Source of the DNA: Octopus vulgaris
Lineage: Eukaryota
DNA length: 64,000 nt
NCBI GenBank assembly: GCA_951406725.2
Contig: OX597816.1
Coordinates: 86,738,001 to 86,802,000, forward strand
Direction: 5' to 3'
The first letter of the stretch is position 1. Each line of letters starts with the position of its first letter. A model generated the notes under the pieces. That model was not told the DNA's origin and searched no databases. It was given only the letters and a program-made list of their open reading frames with translations. The position numbers and the translations under genes are program-made. Positions 14,341 through 30,373 of the stretch are shown here, piece after piece.

Positions 14341-15205
14341 TACTTGTGCATACAAGGACACAGATGTTAATATACAAATATGTGTGTACGCATGTATGTA
14401 TGCACGTATGCATTTATGTATGTATGTATGTATTATGTATACATGAAATATACCATGCTATCTATTAGATTGAGGAAAAGGTTTGTGTGCCGTGTTAAAA
14501 TAATGCTTTTTTATAAATTTTTGTGGTGTGTGTGTTCATTCAGTTCATGTCATGTTCAGTGGTGACTCACTGAAAAATTTATTATGTAATGCATTCTAAT
14601 TATATATCACTTAAATTAAGTCTTTATTACAGTATAGATTTATTCTAACTGTCACGTTACATTGTTTTCCTCGTGTTTCCAGAAGAAAACTGTAAAGTTT
14701 TAGTAACAAAAGTATTGAACTTATGTTGGACGTTTCAGATACCAATGCACTGAAAATGAAACTCTCGTCAGTTTATAGAGCGTTTATAACATAACATGTA
14801 ATTACCCTGCAGTTTAGATAGTTGTGATAATAATACTTGATTCTCAAGATATACTACTCCTTACAGAATCTTGAATGTTTTCTCTAGTTTTCAAAATGAT
14901 TTTTTAACTCTAGGTTTATCGATACTGCAAATGGTATATATTTTTGCATTGAATACACTAATTCCTTTTTTCTACAAAGGTGCATTGCAGAATGTTTTGG
15001 AATATATTGTCAATCCTGAATAACCTACTGACAAATACTAGCAATCTACAGATTATATATAATCACATCAGTGATTCCACAAGACCTTGATTGCATTACA
15101 AATGATAAGACCCAACTAGGTTAAAATCACAATTATTCGTTAGCGCGGCCTATGCTTTCCATCCAGAAAGATTTAATAACAAAATTGTTTTAGTACCACA
15201 CTTAT

Positions 15206-15262
<57 letters not shown>

Positions 15263-15292
15263 CATACATATATAATATATATAAATACGTAA

Positions 15293-15391
<99 letters not shown>

Positions 15392-18300
15392 TATATAGAT
15401 TTATTTCGATTTTACAGCGAAACCACAATTTTGGTATGTCGCAGTATCACTAGAGAACTAAACTCTTGTAATGAGGCTCAGATCGATATTTGTTTGTTGC
15501 AATTTGCAAGGTGATAACTATTATCCTTTACATTATTACATAGCAGACCCCCTTATTTTTGCAGCAATAATTTTTCGCTTACAACAGATTATTCACACGT
15601 ACAAGAATTCCCACCACTTTCTGAATTCGAAGGGAAATTAATCAAAATACTTGAAATTCAAAAGACATACTATTATTTCTACTTCTATGCTCGTATAATG
15701 TAGTAATGACTATAAAGCGTTTATTTCCTTTAAAATACGAAAACAAAAGTTTTCATCTTTTTTTTTTCTTTTATCGTCGTTTCCAAATGATTTACGTTCG
15801 GTATGTAATTGAACATAGCGTGTCTACTTTGATGTGCTTTTCACTCATTATTACCAGGCCAACTAGTCTTAGAGAGCTACCTGGAAACCTATAATTTGTA
15901 ACTATATTCATGTTGATTATAACAATCATAAATATTATATTAATCCACTACGCCAACAATGAAATAGTAAAAAAAAAAATAATGGTATGAGCAAGAGAAA
16001 TCTATGCGATAAACAGTGCGTGTTACGTTATTTCAATCTCTTCTGTAATCAATATATTTGATGATGCAATACATACATACACACATACATATACACATAC
16101 CCACATACACATATGCGCTTACACGCACACATCCATACATATGCATGCGCATGTATTTTATGGAATGTGTAGGCATGTGTATATATTTATATATACGTGT
16201 ATGTGCGTGTATATATGTATGTATGTGCTTATGTATTATCAAGTGGTATTATAATAACGGTTGTATATAAGGAGTTACTTTATTGATTGAATATTTTCAT
16301 TCCACGCTATCTAATCCGAATCACACAAGAATTATCGTATTTAATTCGTAAACTAAGATTAGAAAACTGGGAAAAGATCTTACAAACATAATTTTCATGC
16401 CGTGATCTTTCTATAGGACCCTGTCAATTTGATCCTTCAATCTGTACATTCCCAACAAAGCAATATCATTTTCGTTACAAATTGATGGGGTTTTTTTTAT
16501 TGTTGGGTGTCGCAAAAATTTTGTCATTTATAAGATGCAATTCGTGAAATGAAAGTTTTATATTCCATTATGCTGATTTAAATTATAAGTCACGGCTTGA
16601 AATGGCGTCTTAATTCTTCAGGAACTTAAAGTTGGGAACATACTTGTTGGTTCATCCTACGCTTTCATATCTGATGGCTTCTGTATTCTCTTTTATTTTT
16701 GTTTATTTAAGATATTTTTTTAAAGTTTTCAACGTGGTTTTAGTGTATGAATTATTATTCGTAGTCATATTATTTAATTTTTTTTTATTATTTTCATTTT
16801 AATTTATTTCCTTAAATTCTGAACATACTAAGTGTTTAATCATTTAGATTTCCTTTATGAAATTCAAATCATATTATCATGACATTTTCAAGTGATAATT
16901 ATAAATTGGTATCAAAAGAGTAATAATAATAATAATAATAATAACAACAACATCAACAACAATAATAAAACCAATAACTATAATAAAAATAATCATAATT
17001 TTAACATCGAAAACAAAATTGAAGATTTTGTAATTTAAAGTTCAAATGTTCAAATTGAATTAAAGAATATAGAAGTATAGAATGAGATCGATTAATTTTT
17101 CTAAAATGAAAAAAATGAATAAACATAAAAGAAGAAATATCAAATTTAATCGCCAACACGAATAGAAAAATCACAGAAATTATATTTCCATAACGGCAAA
17201 ACATCCTGTCTTCTTTTGTTTCTTGTTTTGTTTTGTGTAGGTTTTCATTCTTTTGTCTCCTTATTTTACTTTCATTTTATACGTTGTTGGTGAAGAAGAA
17301 AAGTATTTTGTCACTGTTTTTTTTTCTGGATTTCTTTTTGTTGTTGTTGAGGTTATTGTTATAGTTGTTGTAGTAGTTCTTGTTTATGCTTTTAAATATG
17401 TTCTCTGAGTGATTATATACCTGCTGATTCTCTCAATCTTGGGAAATTTAAGTGAAGAAAGAGAAAATAAAGTTACGAAATACAATAGAAATGTTTCCAA
17501 AATGTTTATTGTGAGATTCATAGTAAATTAGAACGCAAGTTCTCGCGTTAAGCCCAACATCTCTTAATTATATCTAGTTTGCGCAGCTCAGTTCTTATTT
17601 ACACCCAGGGAAGCGAATTCTTATAAATAGTGACATTTGGAAATTCAGTATATTTAATGTAAAGAGGGAGACGGTATACAATTTCCTCAATGTTGTGTAT
17701 GATAATGTTAATGTTATAGGTCTTCTGGTTGTAATTATTCTTGTTTAAAATCTATTGTTTGATAATGAAACATATCACATTATCAATGAATGGTGACGAA
17801 TCAACAATAAATAAATACCACGTTAGGAATAAGCAATAATGAACACTCAAAATCCAACGAATAATGTCCAGTGATGACAAATAAACAATGAATAACCAAT
17901 GACCAATAACCGATAATGATTCACCAATACACACCTGTAACTAATTAAACTTCATAGTAATTTATAATACTAACAAATTCATCTTATCGAATTCGTACAT
18001 CGTTCGTCTACTAACATAATGGAGTTGCTGTCTACATCACTTGTGATTGCATTTATTACTCCATTCGATAATGGTTTGTATTGCCGCTAATATTATGATT
18101 CTTTAGCCAAGACATGAGAGTCTAAAATAGGGCTTACAACAGGTATTATGAAAACAAAAATCACGTTATGATGGTAACAAACGCTAACAACACAGCATTG
18201 GTCAGTTGCTATATATGACCGCAAGTATGGTTGTCCCTTTAAAATACTCGCTTTTCAATCGTGCTGTCGTCTTTAAAAAACCACGTGTTAAACTACAACG

Positions 18301-19798
18301 ATGAAATATGGGAGAAGTCTGTTATATGAACATGTGTGTGTGTAGGTGTGTGAGTGCGTGTGTGTATATATATATACACGAATGAATTCGCCATTTCCAG
18401 TTTGTCTGCTGGTGCCATGAGAAATGCATCTATTTTGTGAGAGGCAAGATTCTCAGCAATATTCTAGCACCTGTTTCTTTTTATGTTGACATGAACTGGA
18501 AAAGTAATAGGGAGAATATAATACATTCGTTAAAAATTTTGTTTGATATTCTGCATATTTAATACAGTGGGCAAACGAAAGAAAGGGGCACTCAACACTT
18601 ATAGCAAGAGTTACGTGTTATTATCTAAAACAGATTGATTTGGCCCTATGCAGCTTAAAGAATCGTAGACTCGTGTCAAGAACCTAATTGGTCGGGCTCA
18701 CGAGGCAGAATGGACAGGTGTATGAACTCCTGCATGACTACTGGAAGCTGAGATGCTATTGGTCAAGGCGATTGACATGGTGTTGTTAGAAATAGTACTG
18801 AAATTACAGCGACATCAAATACATAAAAGTAGCGATCCTAAAATCTGAATTTCTTGGACGGGAAGTGGGTGGCGTCTCGCTGTCTATATGCAAAGAAACT
18901 TCAAATGACATCGAATCGATTGCCGGTAGATTGTGTATGTGTGCGTGTGTGAGTGTGTGTGTGAGTGTGAGTGTGTATATATGTGTGCGTGTGCTTGCTA
19001 CATGAATGGGTGAATTTGCGTGTTTGCTGCGTATGTGTGTGTATCTGCTACGTGTGGGATGGAGGAAGGTACGTGCGCCTGTAAGTTGGCCTGTGAGTGA
19101 GGGCTATTGGCACCAGCTCGATGAAGCGTATGGACATGTTTGTGTACATATGGATGCAGGTGCCTATAAGCTGTGAGTGTGTGTGTTTGCGTGCGCTTAT
19201 ACCATATATGTGACAGATGTGTATTTCAGCTGCCTATGTATCAGGTGTGTGTGTGTGTATGTGTGTGAGTGCGTACGGGCAAATAAGCACGGGTGTGTGC
19301 GTGCGTTTGTGTGCGTGAGAGTGTGTATGGCCAAATAGTATACGTTAGTGCGTGCCGTATGCATGTGTGCATACGTAAGTGTTTTGGTTGCATGTAAGAG
19401 TGTGCGTGCGTATTAGTGTCTGATTTACGTGAGTATGCACATTTCTGCACTTATATGTATGTCTATATATGTATGACATGCACACATTCATGTGTGTGCA
19501 TGTCAATCTGGATGAATGGTTTTTACGTGTGTGCGTTTGAGTGTTTATATCTGGTGTGTATGTATATGGGTCATTCTAATATTTAAGTGTGTGTTTGTGC
19601 GTGTGTGTTTGTATGTATGTGTTTGTGCGTGTACGATTGTATGTGCGTGTGTGTGTATGTGTGTGTGTGTGTGTGTGTGCGTGTGTGTGTGTGTGTCATG
19701 TATATGACATCGATCGTCATAAATCACAGAAAATGCATAGGCCTAGAAAGTCACTCTGTTGTTTTTGCAGGTAGCGGTAGATAGGTACCTACTCTTGG

Positions 19799-19853
<55 letters not shown>

Positions 19854-20064
19854 CTTAATAGGTAAAACACTCTTGCTCCTAATATATGAGAAAGAGGAAA
19901 GATACGTCTACCAATTGTATGTGGTTCGTGTGTATGTGCGAATGTGCGTGTATATATATATATATATATATTATATATAAAACAAAGTCAAGTTGTAAGG
20001 TGCCGCACGAGTGGAAATATATATGAAAGAAGGATTGAAAATGCAATTTTAAAGACGTTTATTC

Positions 20065-20106
20065 ACTTGACCGGTCTCACTTTTATAGAAAAAGATTGTC
20101 AAAAGT
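20065..20106 (-). ncRNA. Degenerate minimal hammerhead, U3-A8 variant
   Basis: ACTT TTGACAA T CTTTT TCTAT AAAAG T GAGA CCGG TC AAGT. Palindromic ACCGGT, GUC site, GAAA mutated to GAGA. Lies next to (TA)n. Confidence 0.55.
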
Positions 20107-20749
20107 AAAATGTAAAGCTTTGTATAAACTTTGTTGTGTTGAGTACTGGTTGTCACAAAAGTATTACCCTAAAGAATAGACCTGCCACCACAGAACAGGA
20201 AAATTTATACCGTAGCTGTATTTCGTATAATATATTAAAGCGAGTTCCAGCTGTTCTTCAATGTCAATGCAGAGTAACAAAACAAGGACATTTTCAACAA
20301 TACAGATGCAATGTACAATATGAAATGAAAAACATATTAGTCACACATATATTATGCATGTACCCTAGTTCTAAAATTGATGTAATTTTAAAATTTTATG
20401 AAAAAATACAATTCCACAAAATAATGGACCACATTGCGGAAACATCACAATTAAAAATATTCTCGTCAATGGGAAATCACACATTTCAAAGCTAAAGAAC
20501 CTACTTTAACATTTTTCTTTCAGTGTACAAACGAAATTTCCAGACATCACACTTCAAACTCGTAGATCCAAAGCACAATAAGAAAACTCTGAATGCATCG
20601 TCAGTTGAAAATAAATGTGTGTGTGTGCGCGCGCGTGTATGTATTTAGGTGTGAGTTCGTATGTGTGTTTGTGTGTGACGCTCCTGTTGATTTTGACGGA
20701 TGGTCCCAGCATCAGGCTTAGACGTTTTCACAGCGATGCAGAATGTTAA

Positions 20750-22090
20750 TCAACCTGATGTTGATAACAGAAGCCCGTTTGCAAAAACCATAGAGGAATG
20801 ATGGACTTCCGCTTTGGATTTTATGCCCCATTCGTCTTTGTAAGCTTTCATCTGACGAGAGGAATCTATTAACTGTTGTATTATATGCTGTCCTGTTATT
20901 AGAAACACTTCTGGGATTCTTGAGATCAATGTGGCACGTTTTTGAGCCACTTTTTCATGTGTCTTTGAAAAGCAGCTTGGGTTTTGCTCTTCCTCCTCCT
21001 CCTCTTTCGGAAACTAAAAGATTTGCCACTGCTTTGGAAATCACATAAGATTGTCGCTCTCATAAGATTAGCATCATGCTCGGTTGTTATGCTAGCTGCA
21101 AATATTTCAATGGTGACAATTTTAATGGGTATGAATTGTTTAAAGGTTTTATGGGCAACACAAAAAGAAAATTATTCAGCATCTGTTTGAGTCTTAAAAA
21201 TTATTTGATACGAAACCATAAGGCGAATTACTAAGGTTGTACACTGTTTTCACTGTGAAGGCGCATGGCTCAGTGGTTAGAGCGTCGGACTTACGATCGT
21301 GAGGTTGTGAGCTCGAATCCCGGACCGGGCTGCGTGTTGTGTTCTCGAGCAAGGCACTTTATTTCACGTTGCTCCAGTTCACTCAGCTGTAGAAATGAGT
21401 TGCGACGTCACTGGTGCCAAGCTGTATCGACCTTTGTCTTTCCTTTGGATAACACTGGTGGCGTGGAGATGGGAGGCTGGTATGCATGGGCGACTGCTGG
21501 CCTTCCATAAACAACCTTGCCCGGACTTGTATCTAGGAAGGTAACTTTCTAGGTGCAATCCCATGGTCATTCATGACCGAAGGGGGTCTTTTACACTGTT
21601 TTCAGTCTTATCGTATTTGTTCCACAGAGCAATTTGTTCTCCCATACCAATTTTGAAAATTTTCCAAATATTGCAGCTGCCAGATATCTTTACGAAGTGA
21701 TGTGAATATAAGCACTGTATTCTCGTAATATGACCACTAGTTTCATAAAGCTAATCTTTAGGGAAAGGGGTTTGCATATGAAGGAAAGCTTGCTAATCGA
21801 TTATTGCAGGCCTGTGCCTGCAGCAAAGGTTTGATTGCAGGGTGAACAACCAATACCACATTATCAGCAAACATATGGTCTTGAAATATAGACCCAGATC
21901 CTTTGCTTTTGTACTCAACTAAATGAAGATGAAGGAAATATATACGTGCTTCAATGGTAGAAGACATCACCAGCTGCTTGTTTCATAAAATGTACATCAC
22001 ATCAAAATATTTTTCTGTGTGATTAACTGGCAAAATATATGACCATCCACCAAAATAACAATATCTGTTTCAACACACGATTTCACGCCA
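20750..22090 (-). mobile_element. Decayed RTE-clade LINE (RT C-terminal half), interrupted by a SINE
   Basis: Minus frames HMFADNVVLVVH (YADD-like), KISFMKT, AAAIFGKFSKLVWENK, GGGRAKPKLLFKDT*K...CHID. Confidence 0.7.
21253..21591 (+). mobile_element. Full-length tRNA-derived SINE with 13-bp target-site duplication
   Basis: GGCGCATGGCTCAGTGGTTAGAGCG...GAGCTCGAATCCCGG (A and B boxes). TACACTGTTTTCA at 21240-21252 and 21592-21604. Confidence 0.92.
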
Positions 22091-22266
22091 GGAATCTTGC
22101 AAAAAAAAAAAAAAAACATAAACGTAACGTACACATGGGACACCCACTATTGAAAAGACTGCAATGCGCAACGAAAATTCAAGAAAAATAAATGAGTGGA
22201 AATTTTACCGGTGAGTGTATTAAATTATAAGGCACTAAAAGAGAATGGCTCTCCCCAGACACAATA

Positions 22267-22318
<52 letters not shown>

Positions 22319-22403
22319 AGAATTCCCGAAAACCAAAACACGAACACAGGTGGTATAGACAACAAAGCGATGTATTAGTTTAACGCTCAGGAAGTGAAAA
22401 AGT

Positions 22404-22439
22404 CTCTAACGTTTGGCACCTAAGCTCTTCCACAGAAAG
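22404..22439 (-). ncRNA. Decayed hammerhead-like motif in a short (TA)n-flanked repeat
   Basis: Minus CTTT CTGTGGA AGAGCTTAGGTGC CAAA CG TT AGAG. Same family as 32425-32460. Confidence 0.4.
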
Positions 22440-23089
22440 GAACGCAGAAAGAAACAAGGATAGAAAATAACGAAAATAAAGAATATAAAGTATATATATA
22501 TATATAAAGTATGGGGCTTTATTTCACAAGTCATCTAAACGACTACGTACGCTAGGTAAGTGCTGTAACGGATCACTACTAGACTTCCTTCCCAACCCCT
22601 ACAGAGTAGTAGAATACCACTGGTACCTATTTTCTTTGAATTCCTTTCGTTTTACTTTATTCTGTTTCACTACGTTATCTTCCTTTACCTCCTCCTCTCT
22701 CCTTATTTATCCTTAAATATTTATTTATCACATGGTTATTTCTGTATGCTTATATTCTTATACATCTTATTTTATTTTATCTTTAATGCCAATCCTTAAT
22801 TTCCTCCTTCACTCTCTCTATATCTCTGTATTTATTATTCTTCCTTTTTACCATCCAATAGCCACGATACGTTCGCATCTATTTCTGGATATTTACACTA
22901 TTAGGATTTGAATCTACTTGGATTTACACAGGATTACACCTAAGGACTTACGAACTTACTTCTACATGATCGGAAAGTTTGAACTGTGAACTTTTATGCT
23001 CTTTTTTCTACTCTTCGTCTCCTTATTCATTTACTCCTGTCTTCTGAGTTGACATGTTATTAATTTATACCCTTCTGATTTTCCTCATT

Positions 23090-23147
23090 AGTCTCCAACG
23101 ACGACATATCCCATACCCTTCGATATCCCAGAAACAGCTGTCAGACT
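23090..23147 (+). ncRNA. Degenerate minimal hammerhead in (TA)n-flanked cassette 22505-23225
   Basis: AGTCT CCAACGA ...ATATC...GATAT... GAAA CAGCTG TC AGACT. Helix I AGTCT/AGACT, palindrome ACAGCTGT, GUC site, core mutated. Confidence 0.6.
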
Positions 23148-23254
23148 TCGAATATTTCTAATAATACTAACGTATATGACTTGAAATGTTTGTCTTGCCT
23201 TAACGTTTACTGCCCTCTAACAATTATATATATATATATATATATATACATATA

Positions 23255-23545
23255 GTCAATGTTGTGTTCCAGCATGGCCGCAGTCAGATGGCTAAAATGA
23301 GTAAAAGACTAACTGAATATGTGTGTGTGTGTATAAATATTCTGTTACTCTTTCACTTGTTTCAGTCATTCGACTGGAGCAATGCTGAAGCGCTGCCTTT
23401 AGTCGAATTAATCGAGCCCAGAACTTGTAAGCCTAGTACTTATTCTTTCAGTATCTTTTGCTGAACCGCTATGTTACGGGGACGTAAACACACTAATATC
23501 GATTGTCAAGCGATGCTGGGGGTACAAACACAGACACACAAATAC
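23255..23545. mobile_element. Two opposed SINE 3' fragments
   Basis: CCAGCATGGCCGCAGTCAGATGGCTAAAATGAGTAAAAG (plus), then TTACTCTTTCACTTGTTTCAGTCATT...TTTTGCTGAACCGCTATGTTACGGGGACGTAAACAC (minus). Confidence 0.75.
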
Positions 23546-23565
23546 ATTCATATGCATATATATAT

Positions 23566-24108
23566 ATAGAAATATTAAAATTACTAAGTCTCTCTAAAAG
23601 AGAACAGCGGCAGCGTTCCCGGAAAATAATAGTTATCGCCATACTAATATGGCATTCTTATAAAAATAAGAATAAAGCTGTCCGCTTATTAGCTCCATGA
23701 GGCCATCGCCTTAAGTTAGCTATTTGATACACAAACTGTATCCATATAACCTTCGAACAAGGGAGGTCAGTCGCTCCACACTACCTGACCGGCAGCTACA
23801 GACACGTTTCGGGGTATTGCCCCTTTTCAATGCAGCGTAGCCAGCCAGTAGGTGTCGCTTCCGACAATCTCTGTTCGATGGTTTTATTTACCTAGTTTCG
23901 GTGGAATACATCCACTTGTTTTCAATAATAGAAATATTAAAATTACTAAGTCTCTCTAAAAGAGAACAGCGGCAGCGTTCCCGGAAAATAATAGTTATCG
24001 CCATACTAATATGGCATTCTTATAAAAATACGAATAAAGCTGTCCGCTTATTAGCTCCATTCTTATTTTTATAAGAATGCATATTAGTATGGCGATAACT
24101 ATTATTTT
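23566..24108 (-). mobile_element. (TA)n-flanked partial-tandem cassette (362-bp period) with short inverted tail; retrozyme/pLTR-like
   Basis: 133-bp direct repeat at 23566-23698 and 23928-24060 (1 mismatch). 24061-24108 is an inverted copy of part of it. Internal hammerhead. Confidence 0.75.
23795..23836 (-). ncRNA. Minimal hammerhead, U3-A8 variant
   Basis: GCTGCA TTGAAAA GGGG CAATA CCCC GAAA CGTG TC TGTAGC. 6-bp helix I, 4-bp helix II, GUC site. Confidence 0.75.
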
Positions 24109-24213
24109 CATATATATATATATATATAAACATAGTCAAAAGGCGATAAAATAAATTATTATCGCCGGTGATCTAGCACAAAAGACATTTTAGCCATAGG
24201 CTATATGTTATTC

Positions 24214-24785
<572 letters not shown>

Positions 24786-25028
24786 AGAAGAAAGGAGAAC
24801 TGCAAGAAGTCGCAGTACTTTTGAATATTATCTAGTGAAACTCCGTTAGCTTTCCCAAGTTAATATAATATAGATCGTCAGCCAATAATATAATATGCCT
24901 CGAGTGTCAGTATTTTAATTATTGTTCATCGTAAAGAGTGATATAATATTAAAAGGAAATAATTCCTTGAAGTAAAATTTATAAAAATTTGTTTAGAATA
25001 AATACTTAGCAAAAATGTAGTATATATG

Positions 25029-25082
<54 letters not shown>

Positions 25083-26298
25083 CATACATACATACATACA
25101 TACATACATACATACATACATACACTAAATGAAAATTAACCCAAATAAATTTTTCCTCTGTAATTTGGGACATTTCCTCGCTAGGATTGTAAAGACAATA
25201 ACTAGATATCAAACCGTATCTGCTGTAAGGCAATCACGCAAATGTAAAAAAAATTTACTATGAGGATAATTAATTTTGAAAAAACTCTATAACATACATG
25301 TCTATAAGAAAATCGTAGCTGAAACACCTGTCGTTTTTGACAGCACTAGTAGACTGGCAACTAGATATTATGTATAGATTATAATTCGAGGATTGGAGCT
25401 TAATTTTGTCGAGCTTCTGTTACAAAATGTATCGATGTACTTTATGCTTTTGCCAAGGGCATTGCGGACGTAAATGAAATAGCTAGAGCTATAACTGGTA
25501 ATTGAAACCGGCTTGCACGCTTAGCTCCACGGGGGATGCTTGCATTCTACTGCACAGTGCTCTTTCACTTTCGCTCTTAATATAATATAAATCGAAAGTC
25601 TTCGGCTCCATTTACGATTTCATCGCTTTCAATGTGTGTGGGAAATTTCACAGCAAGAAGCTGTTCCATTAACAGAGTAGAGACAGTTATAATACCGAAG
25701 GAAGAAAGCTGCAGCCAGCTGGAAGTTAAATGCTATCGTAAAACTCATTTTGCTGTTGTGTTCGTGTTGAGGAGATACTGAAGAATATTCTTCGGTTGAG
25801 AATTTTATCACTTTTTACATTTTACGTCTTTCTCAACAGGATAGATTTATTTAGAGAAACCTCCCGAAGGCTTATATTTATTACTTACATCATATGAACG
25901 CTGGACGTTCATAATTTTCACACATTTCGCGGTGGCGAAAGGAGAAAACGCGATAGCAATATATGCAAAATGCGTTCATAGATTCCATACAACTGTATTT
26001 GGTGCGCGCGTTTGCATGTATTTATAAACATATGGATGGATGGCTGGCTGGATGGATGGATGGATGGCTGGATGGATGGATGGACGGGTGGATGAGGCTC
26101 TTGATTAAATGGTGACCAAATTTTATTGGGGAACTCAATATGCTGTAAAAGTTAAGTATATATTCTATTTTAACTTTTTACTGCGGGCATATTTGTAACA
26201 GTAGACAAATTTCATCCATAATATGTTCTGAGTAGCGTTACTTTTACCACATATTCCACAATGACACACACCGAAATATAAAGCGACACGTGAATGTA

Positions 26299-26386
<88 letters not shown>

Positions 26387-26398
26387 TACACGTGAATG

Positions 26399-26480
<82 letters not shown>

Positions 26481-26889
26481 ATGTTAAGTTCCTCCTTCAC
26501 CAAAAAGCAGTCACAGAGAATTGGCCGTAACAGGGATGATTCTACTGGCGGTATCCTAGCATGCCCACAGTCTTAGGGCTGAAACGTGTAAAAGAATAAA
26601 AGAACGGACAGACAGACAGACAACGATCTATTCTGTCGAAACTACATATGGAGTGTTCAGGGAATAAACAGAAAAATAAATCCAACCAAACAGACAATCA
26701 ACAACACAAATTATTATTATAGTATTCATCAATGTTTACAATTCATTCACTTCACCCGGTGACTCTTCATGTGTGTCCTCAGGCCACCAAAAGCAATATG
26801 GATATGAGCATGACTTAATAAACTAGCATGTGATCTAGCTGAAAAATCATAATCTGAACAATGGTTATTAGCAGGAAGACTGTTGTTCT

Positions 26890-27450
26890 GTTACTCTATT
26901 TTCTTATCTTCCCGTAATTTCTCTTAATGAAGTACTATTTGAATTTTTAAATTTTGAGGCTGAAATAAGTACATTCTCCTCTTTCTGCACGGTTTCTCGC
27001 AAGATTCTGAACGTCTCCTTTCAAGCGCTTCAAATTGTCTTTGAATTTGTTATTATAACATAGAAGTGGCTGTCCTACTTTGCTTTACAACCTGACCATA
27101 AATACGATGGCGTCCACACCATCACATCTGAGACTTGATCAAGAAAGCTTCTATACCGGGTATTCCGCACATTTCCACGACAGTGCTATTCTTCACACTA
27201 GAATCCCAGTCAACCGTGCATATTTGCCGAAGACATCTCATACGGAAGCTATTCCTGTGTACCTGTGTGCCCAGGTCTCTGTTCCATGTAGGATAACTGA
27301 CTCATGCACATCTGCTTTTGTCCTTACTGAAACATCAGGGTCATTCTAAGGTCTATCATAAAGCTTCCTAAAATCTGTACTGGCCTTTTTAATGCGAGTT
27401 TGGGAACAAATATGTGAAAACATCATCAGGTTTCAAAGCTTTACCCTCAG
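26890..27450 (-). mobile_element. Decayed RTE-clade LINE C-terminal fragment
   Basis: Minus frame QTRIKKASTDFRKLYDRP*NDPDVSVRTKADVHESVILHGTETWAHR, then MRCLRQIC and NKFKDNLKRL. Confidence 0.78.
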
Positions 27451-27460
27451 CAAATACGCT

Positions 27461-27700
27461 GTGGTAGCGCGTGGCTTAGTGATTAATGTGTTGGATTCAT
27501 GATCGTAAGATTGTGATTTAGATTCCTGGACCGGGTGACGCATTGTGTTCTTGAGCAAAAACACCTAATTTCACGTGTCTCCGGCGCATTCAGCTGGCAA
27601 AAATGAGTAATCCTGCGACGGACCGACATACCGTTCACGTGCATATTTTATATACGCCATGAAACCGGGAAACCCGTCCTTATGAGTTGGTATAACTCGA
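27461..27700 (+). mobile_element. tRNA-derived SINE
   Basis: GCGCGTGGCTTAGTGATTAA...GATTCCTGGACCGGGTGACGCATTGTGTTCTTGAGCAAAACAC...CAGCTGGCAAAAATGAGTAA. Homologous to 33441-33802. Confidence 0.85.
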
Positions 27701-28407
27701 GAGGTCGACTGAGTGATGGAAGGGGCGCACTGTCTATTGAATGTAATTCGCTTCATCAAATACTATATGCGACGGGTTGTTTCCGAGGCAAATATTTTGT
27801 GGTGATAAACGTTGTTGGTGTAAACCAAACAGCAATTTCATGAAGTCACAAAAGATTATCAGAAGTCTGAATATTCACATTATATCTCTATTAGCAGTAG
27901 TAATTAGCAATAATTTGAAGTGAATAGAAGTGCATTACAGCCTATTAATAAGAAAATGCTGCAGAAAAATTCGAATCGCCTGTCATATAATAAACTGTAA
28001 TGATCGTGAAAAGCAGTATGTTGGAGTTTGGTATGGTAGGATGGCCTAAACTCTCGCCTACTTTATATGCGCTCGCATTGCGCTCTCCAAAGCCGTTCTT
28101 CTTAGCCCTGAAATGTCAGTTATTAGGAAAACAACACGGGATACTTAAATGCATACAATTCCAACAACCTTATTGGAGAACAACCGTCTTTTTTATGCCG
28201 AAAGCTGTGTTCATTCACAGCCGCATTGAAAATTCAATTTGGACGGAAGCAGAAAAGTAGAGATGCTACTAGCTACTTTTGTCGGAAAAACTATCATCAG
28301 GGCTAAGGAATCATCTGGATAGCCTATCGTAATAATTTACCAAACATGTTACAAGGCACATATCTCCAATGACAAATTTAATTTTGCTGAAATCATGTTA
28401 ACGACCG

Positions 28408-30373
<1,966 letters not shown>

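Noticed and set aside
20136-20495. 119-aa ORF faintly like a LINE AP-endonuclease (MYPSS...KFYEKIQ...MGN)
   Set aside because: The catalytic GDFN motif is absent. A profile search would be needed.
21260-21335. tRNA gene candidates (also 13860, 27465, 43985)
   Set aside because: No proper acceptor stem, and they continue into SINE bodies (a TSD is visible for the 21253 copy). They are SINE-type heads.
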